A stretch of DNA of 61,867 nt, filler included, from Hausera hauseri (Eukaryota): NCBI GenBank assembly GCA_046269625.1. It is 11 parts of 11 records of this genome, joined end to end, with 100 filler letters (N's around TTAATTAATTAA, not from the genome) between each part and the next. Parts side by side here need not be neighbours in the genome. Positions count along the whole stretch, not along the records: positions 48,963 to 55,895 come from JBJURY010050663.1; positions 55,996 to 61,867 come from JBJURY010176750.1; 9 more parts are not named here. One strand, 5' to 3'. Position numbers and translations under genes: made by a program. Below the pieces are notes generated by a model. That model made no database searches. It was not told where the DNA came from and was given only the letters and a program-made list of their open reading frames with translations. How positions within the stretch are numbered: the stretch's first letter is position 1; each line of letters begins with the position of its first letter. This document shows, in pieces, positions 54,987 through 61,867 of the stretch.

Positions 54987-55508
54987 TTATCCAGAGTGAA
55001 CACGCTGATGGCTTTTCAGATGTGCTGAACAGGTGAATCTCTTCTCACACTGGGTACAGGTGTAAGGCTTCTCTCCAGTGTGGACACGAAGGTGAACCTT
55101 CAGATTTCCTGACCGGCTGAATCTCTTCTCACACTGGGTACAGGCGTAAGGCTTCTCTCCAGTGTGGACACGAAGGTGAACCTTCAGCTCACCTGACTGG
55201 CTGAATCTCTTCTCACACTGGGTACAGGTGTAAGGCTTCTCTCCAGTGTGGACACGAAGATGTCTCTTCAGATGGCTTGACTGGCTGAACCTCTTGTCAC
55301 ACTGGGTACAGATGAACGTTTTTATGCCAGTGTGCTTGGGTTTAACTTTATGTACATCCCTTGGATCTCCAACACACTCTTCACTCTGGTCGCTGGACTC
55401 AAGTTTAACTTGAGTGATGATTGGCTCAACCAGTGGCTCCTGGACAAACTCATCTATATCGAGGTCTTCCGGTTCTTCTTTGATTCTACAAGTCTTTTTC
55501 AGCAGCAC
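54987..55508 (-). CDS. C2H2 (Kruppel-type) zinc-finger protein last exon, 4 fingers, teleost-like; probable upstream exon about 55818-55895
   Basis: Four CTQC.KRF..L..H.RVH fingers with TGEKPY linkers and an IKEEPED acidic region; GTAAG donor after the upstream exon. Confidence 0.9.
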   Translation of the reverse strand: MLLKKTCRIKEEPEDLDIDEFVQEPLVEPIITQVKLESSDQSEECVGDPRDVHKVKPKHTGIKTFICTQCDKRFSQSSHLKRHLRVHTGEKPYTCTQCEKRFSQSGELKVHLRVHTGEKPYACTQCEKRFSRSGNLKVHLRVHTGEKPYTCTQCEKRFTCSAHLKSHQRVHSG

Positions 55509-55995
55509 ACATGCAAAAAGAAACAGTCAAAAATCAGGTTCAGAAATCCAAAAATGAAACTGCTTCCTAAAGAAAAATGTGACCTGACTAAAAGCTCCAT
55601 CTCCATTTTTATATTAGCATCAACCTGTTCTGTTTCTCTGAAGGAACAGCTCAGAAATATCACACAGATTAAAATGTTGTTGTATTAAGACTTATTTTTT
55701 TTAATGTCAGAAAATACAAGTTTCTAAAAACTCTATCATGTGTTTTGAATGCTTTTTCTGTTACCTGGCAACCAGTATAAACTTTCTTCAGGGTAGCTAA
55801 AACCTATGCTGACTTACCGCTGGTGGTAACTCCATGGTGCTTTTCTCCAGATCCATGAGCAGAGACTTCTCCAGTTTTCTGAATCTGGTTTGACANNNNN
55901 NNNNNNNNNNNNNNNNNNNNNNNNNNNNNNNNNNNNNNNTTAATTAATTAANNNNNNNNNNNNNNNNNNNNNNNNNNNNNNNNNNNNNNNNNNNN

Positions 55996-56523
55996 CCGGG
56001 AAGTAAAGTCCGGTCTTGTCCATGCTGCATATGTCACGCAGGGACATTCAGCAATAATATTTTGCCAAACGTTTTTCAGCCAATCATTTACGGTTGTAAC
56101 ATCTACACTCTTCCTCGCCAAACAAACTCTTAGACACCATATTTTCACGTTCTTTCCATCGGTCGCTTGCTCTAAAATCCTCCCTCCCTATAAATCTTGC
56201 AATTGATTTGGCCTTCTGCCATATTATCGACTCATTTAAAGGTAAATTCTTTTCACGTATCTTAGTGAACCATATCTTTAAAGCTTCCTCGACCTCCGCA
56301 TTCTTTCCAGTACGTTCTCTTTTAGATCAACATTTTCATTTTCTACCAAAGCAGCCTTAATTCTGATCTTTTCTGTAGGGAGTTTATTTAATTAAGTTTG
56401 TTCAATATTAATTTTCTGTACCGCAGTTCGTTGGCTTAAGGTACCTAACTTATCGTATTCTTTTACAATCTCATTCTTTTCGTTTAATGATAAATCCTTT
56501 CGCGTTTTCTTTTTTTCAGCCAT
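55996..56523 (-). mobile_element. pogo/Tigger-type transposase 5' fragment, degenerate
   Basis: RKDLSLNEK HTH-psq start, EVEEALKIWFTKIR..QKAK CENP-B HTH, DKTGLYF (DETGL-like). Confidence 0.8.
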
Positions 56524-56557
56524 AATTTTGCAAAGCAATGGATTGATTTAAAATAAT

Positions 56558-57870
56558 TTGAGTAGGGGAAAAATGGGGATTCAGTCCCACCTCGGGGGTG
56601 TGCGCGTCGATCGGTAGTGTGTTAGGCGACGGTGCTACAAGGCACCGTTGCTATGCACATTTTTGCACATTTCACAAATCGATCGCTGCACAGTGCAATA
56701 TTGATCGAATCGATCGGGACAAAGTGCTAATCGATAGTGCACATCGATTGGTACACAATGCAGGTGTGCTGCACATGTGCAAGTGTGCAAAAATCAATAA
56801 TCAGATTTCCGATAATCCTTATATTGATGATTAGCACCCGTCACCGGGTGCAATCGAAAGCACACATGATGCACTGTGCCAATGTGCAGTTAGAATTTAA
56901 ATATATTGATTGGTTTTCGAATAATTGCCAACTGGGACAGAATCCCCATAGGCCTTTCCGTTATAAATTGAAAATCAATAATATCAATATGGCACATACT
57001 GGCGGGTGCAATACTTGATGTACTATCGATCAGTGCAATGCTCGACTGGGGTGTGCTCCTAGATACGGTTGCCAAGGCACTTTTTCACTTCTCACATATT
57101 GGTCACTGTGCAGCGTAGGATTTATGGAATTGATCGGGGTCAAGTGCAGATAGATAGAAAACATCGAGATGCACCTTGATATATACTGTGCAGGTGCGTA
57201 GCACGTGCAAATGTGAAAAATCAATAATTTCGCATTTCCGATATTTCCAATATTGATGATTAGGACATGTGACTTGATGCAATCGATTGGAAATACGATG
57301 CACTATATGAATGTGCAGTTAGAATTTAAATTCATCGATTACTTATCGAATAACATCGATTCAAAGTGCAACTTGGACAGACTCCCCATGGGTTTTTAGG
57401 CTCTAAGGAGTCAAAATTCGATAATATAATTAGCGGGAACTGATAGAAAGTCGAATATGGCGATCTCGAATCTCGAGTCGAATATTCGAAATTCGAATAT
57501 TTTCGAGCTAGATTATCGAATATCGAACTATTCGAAAAATCTAACAGCGGCAATCGATTCCTCATATATGAAAACCCCTTATACAAAAATTATTCCATGA
57601 AAATGTACTATATCAGTTCAAAACCAATATTTCGAATTAAGCAAAATCTGCATTTAAAGCCCACTGATGCAGAAGTCATGTATGTTGAATTGGAATATGA
57701 TGTTGGATATTCGAATTCGAGCTTACAAGTCAAATACTTAGCTATTCGAACTCGAATATTTGGTCAAGCATGCATTATTCAAAGAATCTAATGACGGCAT
57801 TCGATTCCCCGTGGTCGAAAACCTTAAATTTGGTGCCACCATGTATTTCATTGATTCATTAAAACAAAAG
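56558..57870. repeat. Non-coding module M2, second copy, directly upstream of the pPolB start
   Basis: Colinear with 4957-6724 and lacking about one TCGA-rich subunit. Confidence 0.85.
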
Positions 57871-57951
57871 CGCATTAATATCAATCGATAAGCGAGGCAG
57901 TACATGGTGATATGGCAATATATTTCATTATTTCCAAAATCACTTCAACGA

Positions 57952-60900
57952 ATGGTGAGTTTTTTAATTGTGATCCTCAAATAATTGGTTGATTTTTAGA
58001 TGTGCAAACTTTACAGCGAATGTTTGGCTCAAATCCAAGAGCCGAAAAATTGCCACAATACTATGAAGAAGTACTTTGGTCATACGTACAACAGGGTTCA
58101 GTATTATATATGCCCTACATGTAAGGTAGTGTGCCAAATCAATTATGAAGACTTTTACAATGTCCATAAACAGCACTTGATTTCCTTCACCAACTCGAAA
58201 AAACAAATATTCAGTACCAATATGCCAATAAAGACTTTCGTGCCGAAGGAAAATCGAGGGTGCAGTTCATATGTGTATTGCGCATGTGTAATACACAACC
58301 CTCAGAATTGCCACAATGCCATGAGTAAATATTATGGACACAAATTCAATAGAATCATCTATTATATCTGCCCAGGATGTGAGGCTGTATGTAATGGAGA
58401 ATACATACAGTTTTATGAAGATCACAAACATCATTTGACTGACTTTGCATCAAAGTCAAAGAAGATCACTTTTAATGAACATAAGCCAGTTGCAACATAG
58501 CCTGCAGTACCACAGCCTTCGGTACCACGGCCTGTAGTACCACAGCTTGTAGTACCACAGCCTGCAGTACAGTCAGATGCAGGACTAAAACGCGCATTGG
58601 GCGCATCAGGCGAATCAGGCGCAGCGGGTCCATAAATGAGTCAAAGACAGCGGCCGGTTGATGCTGCAGCATTAAAGAAAAAATGCCGCAAATATATCAT
58701 TGACGCAACTGGTCAAACAACCATCAAGGAGATCCTGGAGTACACAGAAGAAGAAACAGAGGGGATTCTCTAGGACAACATAGCTGAGCTTAAGGCCATT
58801 AAGGCTAATATGAAACTTGAGGCCACATACGTCAACGCTGATGGCAAAGAATCCAAAAGGGCCCTCAAGACCAGAAATAGACCCATTTTTGAAGCCACCA
58901 ATATAGTAGAATAGCTGCATGAAGAGCATGCAAAGCTGATCCGTGAAGCCGATGAGAGTCAGGATAAGAAGAGTGGATGGACTCTGGTAACCATCAAGAG
59001 ATTGCTTCTGTATGTTCACAAGTACTCTCCAATGCGGGGTAGTTCTTATATTCATCTTCCGGAATGGATCGCTAATAAAAGTATGTGTCAATGTCCATAA
59101 TAATGACAACAAGTGTTTCATGTGTGCCATTCTATCAAAACTCGTACCGGATCAAAAACATGCAGCATGTCGAGTTTGGCTTATAATGATTTGACTTCCA
59201 ATGTATCACATTCCCTCCATCCTTAAATGAAATTAAGAAGTTCAGCCGAATCAACAACATATCCATCAACATCATGGGGTTGGATAAGGAGGGCAAATTT
59301 TATCCCCTGCAGATATATAATACTGAATTGGAAGATCATATGGATCTGCTCCTACTAGACGATGAGAAAAGAAACATTATGTTTGGATCAAGAATTTTGA
59401 GCGTCTAGTCAGATCCCAAATTACGAAACATAAGGTTAGAATAGAAATATGTAAACAATGTCTGTCTCATTTCAGTGGTTATACAGCAGTGGACAAGCTT
59501 GCAGAGCACAAAATGTACTGCAACAACAATTATTGTATCAGGTCAGAATTTTCAAAGGAGGACTATATTGAATTCAAGGAGTTAGAGAAGAAGATCAAGG
59601 TCTCAATAGTTATCTATTGAGACTTTGAAGCTATTCTCCGGCCAATTCACAGCTGCACTCCCAGTCCTCAACATAGCAGAACAACGACATACTAATATCA
59701 TGAACTCTCATCGTATTGCATGTATGCCAAATGACTGGACAGTGAACCATTTCTATTCATGGGTCCAGGCGCAGCAGCACATTTCATGAAACGACTTTAA
59801 GATATGGCTCATAAGCTTGAAAACATGCTTCAGCAGCATAAGGATAATATGAACATGTCGAAGCAGCAATACGAAGAATTGCGCAAGTCAACAACATGTT
59901 ACTTCTGCTCCAAATCGTTCACCAAGGAAAATTATAAAGTCAAGGATCATTGCCATTTTACAGGTGAATATCGGGGCGCAGCATGCAACAACTGCAATCT
60001 TCGTTGCAAAACATGTAAATATGTGCCTGTGGTGTTCCATAATCTCAGTGGCTATGATTCCCATTTCATAGTCCGATAATTAGGCAGCATTGATGGTAAT
60101 ATAGATGTGATCCCAAACAGTGAGGAAAAATACATCACTTTCACCAAGCATGTGGGCCGCATTAGACTTTACTTCATAAACAGTTTCCGCTTCATGAGCT
60201 CGGAACTGGACAGTTTAGTGAAAAACCTCTCTGCACAAGAACTCAAGGAGACAAAGCGGTTTTTCCCAACTGCATTTGACCTCGTCAAGAGGAAAGTCGT
60301 GTTTCCTTATGACTACATAACCTCATGGGAAACTCTGGATGAGACCTCATTGCCGGACAAGAAGGACTTTTACAGTATGCTCTTTGATTGCGATATTAGT
60401 AATGCTGACTAACAGCATGCTCAGAATGTCTGGAATTAATTCTAATGCCAAATATTAGGGGAATACCGCGACGTATACCTCAAGACGGACGTGCTGCTGC
60501 AGACAGATTTTTTTGAGAGCTTCAGGGATGTTACAATGAAGAGCTATACATTGGATACGGCTCATTTCTTTACGGCTCCAGGGATGAGTTGGGCAGGTAT
60601 GCTAAAATACTCCGGTATTAGGCTGCAGATCATAAAGTATTACGACATGATCATAATGATTGAGAGAAGCATTAGTGGCGGAATATGCCAGGCCATTCAT
60701 CGGTATAGAGAGACCAATAACAAGTATATGGCTTTGTATGATCCATCCAAGGAATCCTCATATATATCATGTCTAGATGCCAACAACTTGTATGGATGAG
60801 CAATGAGCGCCCCATTGCTATATGACAACTTCAAGTGGATGGAGCATCCTGGTAATATCCTTATACTGAACCTGGATCCCAGTGGAGATACGCACTACAT

Positions 60901-61867
60901 ACTGGAGGTGAATATGAAACATCCGGATTTTATATGCACAAGACACCAACAGCTGACTTTTTTCCCTGAGAACAAGCCTCCGCCCCATGGAAAGCATAGA
61001 AAATTACTCTTCCATCTGGATAGTAGGGAGAGGTGTGTAGTTCACTACACAAATCTCCAGCAGGCGGTCAGGAATGGACTCCGCATCACAAAGATCCATA
61101 GAGCCCTGCAGTTCAGCCAGTCCATGTGGCTGCAGCCCTACGTAGATCTCAATACCAAGCTGCGGACTAATGCCAAGAACGATTTTGAGAAGGACCAGTT
61201 CAAGGTTTACAACAACTCGGTCTTTGACAAGACCATGGAGAGTATCCGCAACATTATCAACATCGAACTGGCCTTTGACTGGAAGCAAGCAAATAAGGTT
61301 ATTGCCAAGCCTAACTTCCACAGCAGCATCATATATGCTGAGAACATCCTTGGTATTCAACAAGCCCATATTTGTGGGTATGGCAATCCTAGACCTGTCA
61401 AATACCCTGATGTTTCATTTTTACTACGACATCATGGTCCCCAAGTTCAAGTCCATGCAGCTGATATATATGGAAACTGTTAGTTTCATCTATCAGATCC
61501 ATACAGAGGACATTTACGAGGACTTTGTCCAGTCGGCTCAACACATGGATACCTCAAATTTGGCAATAATATCGAGATTTGTGGCTCTCAGATCTAGAAT
61601 ATATGCTCTAGACGTATGTGGCCAAGTAAAGAAGCTGGCAAAAGGGGTTCAAAGGGCTACATTGGCCAAGAAGATTGGCTTCAATGACTATGTGAGAGTT
61701 TTGCAAGAGCAGACTCACATTATATCGGAAATGAAAAGGATCCAATCTAGGAATCATAACATCCAAACAGTAACTCTGCATAAGAAAAGCCTAGATTTGA
61801 TGGACGACAAGAGGCAGATCCTCAGCGATGAAATCCACACACTACCTCAGGGACATGTATTATTGTA
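57952..61867 (+). pseudogene. Protein-primed DNA polymerase B polyprotein, subfamily B copy 3 (essentially full length, predicted intron 57955-57999)
   Basis: ATG|GTGAGT..TTTTTAG|, two Cys/His domains, PQPxV repeats, KSGWTL..GSSYIHLP, NDNKCF, KDHCHFTGEYRGAACNNCNL, FHNLSGYDSH, FPYDY, DANNLYG*AMS, NNSVFDKTMES, DDKRQI..TLPQGH. Confidence 0.95.
58495..58572 (+). repeat. 15-nt coding minisatellite (PQPxV linker), about 5 units
   Basis: CAGCCTGCAGTACCA-like units are in frame with both the upstream ORF and the downstream polymerase. Confidence 0.8.

Noticed and set aside
55000-55320. 84-bp tandem DNA repeat
   Set aside because: Explained by the C2H2 zinc-finger array.

Overview
This is not one locus. 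It is 11 short eukaryotic contigs joined by artificial 100-nt N spacers carrying a TTAATTAATTAA six-frame-stop linker. Most contigs come from an AT-rich animal genome with tiny introns (cGMP-dependent protein kinase exons split by 42- and 43-nt introns). At least one contig (48963-55895) looks teleost-like (C2H2 zinc-finger gene, tRNA-Trp-primed LTR element), so a fish parasite plus host DNA is plausible (inference only). The window is packed with degenerate transposons: Ty3/gypsy, Chapaev3, mariner, hAT and pogo/Tigger. The main signal is six decayed copies, in two divergent subfamilies, of a Polinton/Maverick (adintovirus)-type protein-primed DNA polymerase B element. The reconstructed polyprotein is: ATG micro-exon, spliceosomal intron, two tandem unrecognised Cys/His domains, low-complexity linker, terminal-protein-like region, vOTU-like protease, Zn finger, exonuclease with an EndoVII/HNH insertion, then PolB. 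The elements share two palindrome-rich non-coding modules, sit next to each other, and show no integrase, capsid, ATPase or adenain gene in the visible flanks. Four of the five copies that span polymerase motif A have a stop (TAG or TGA) at the same codon, where the fifth has TGG (Trp). One contig is a 5,078-bp circular or tandem unit.
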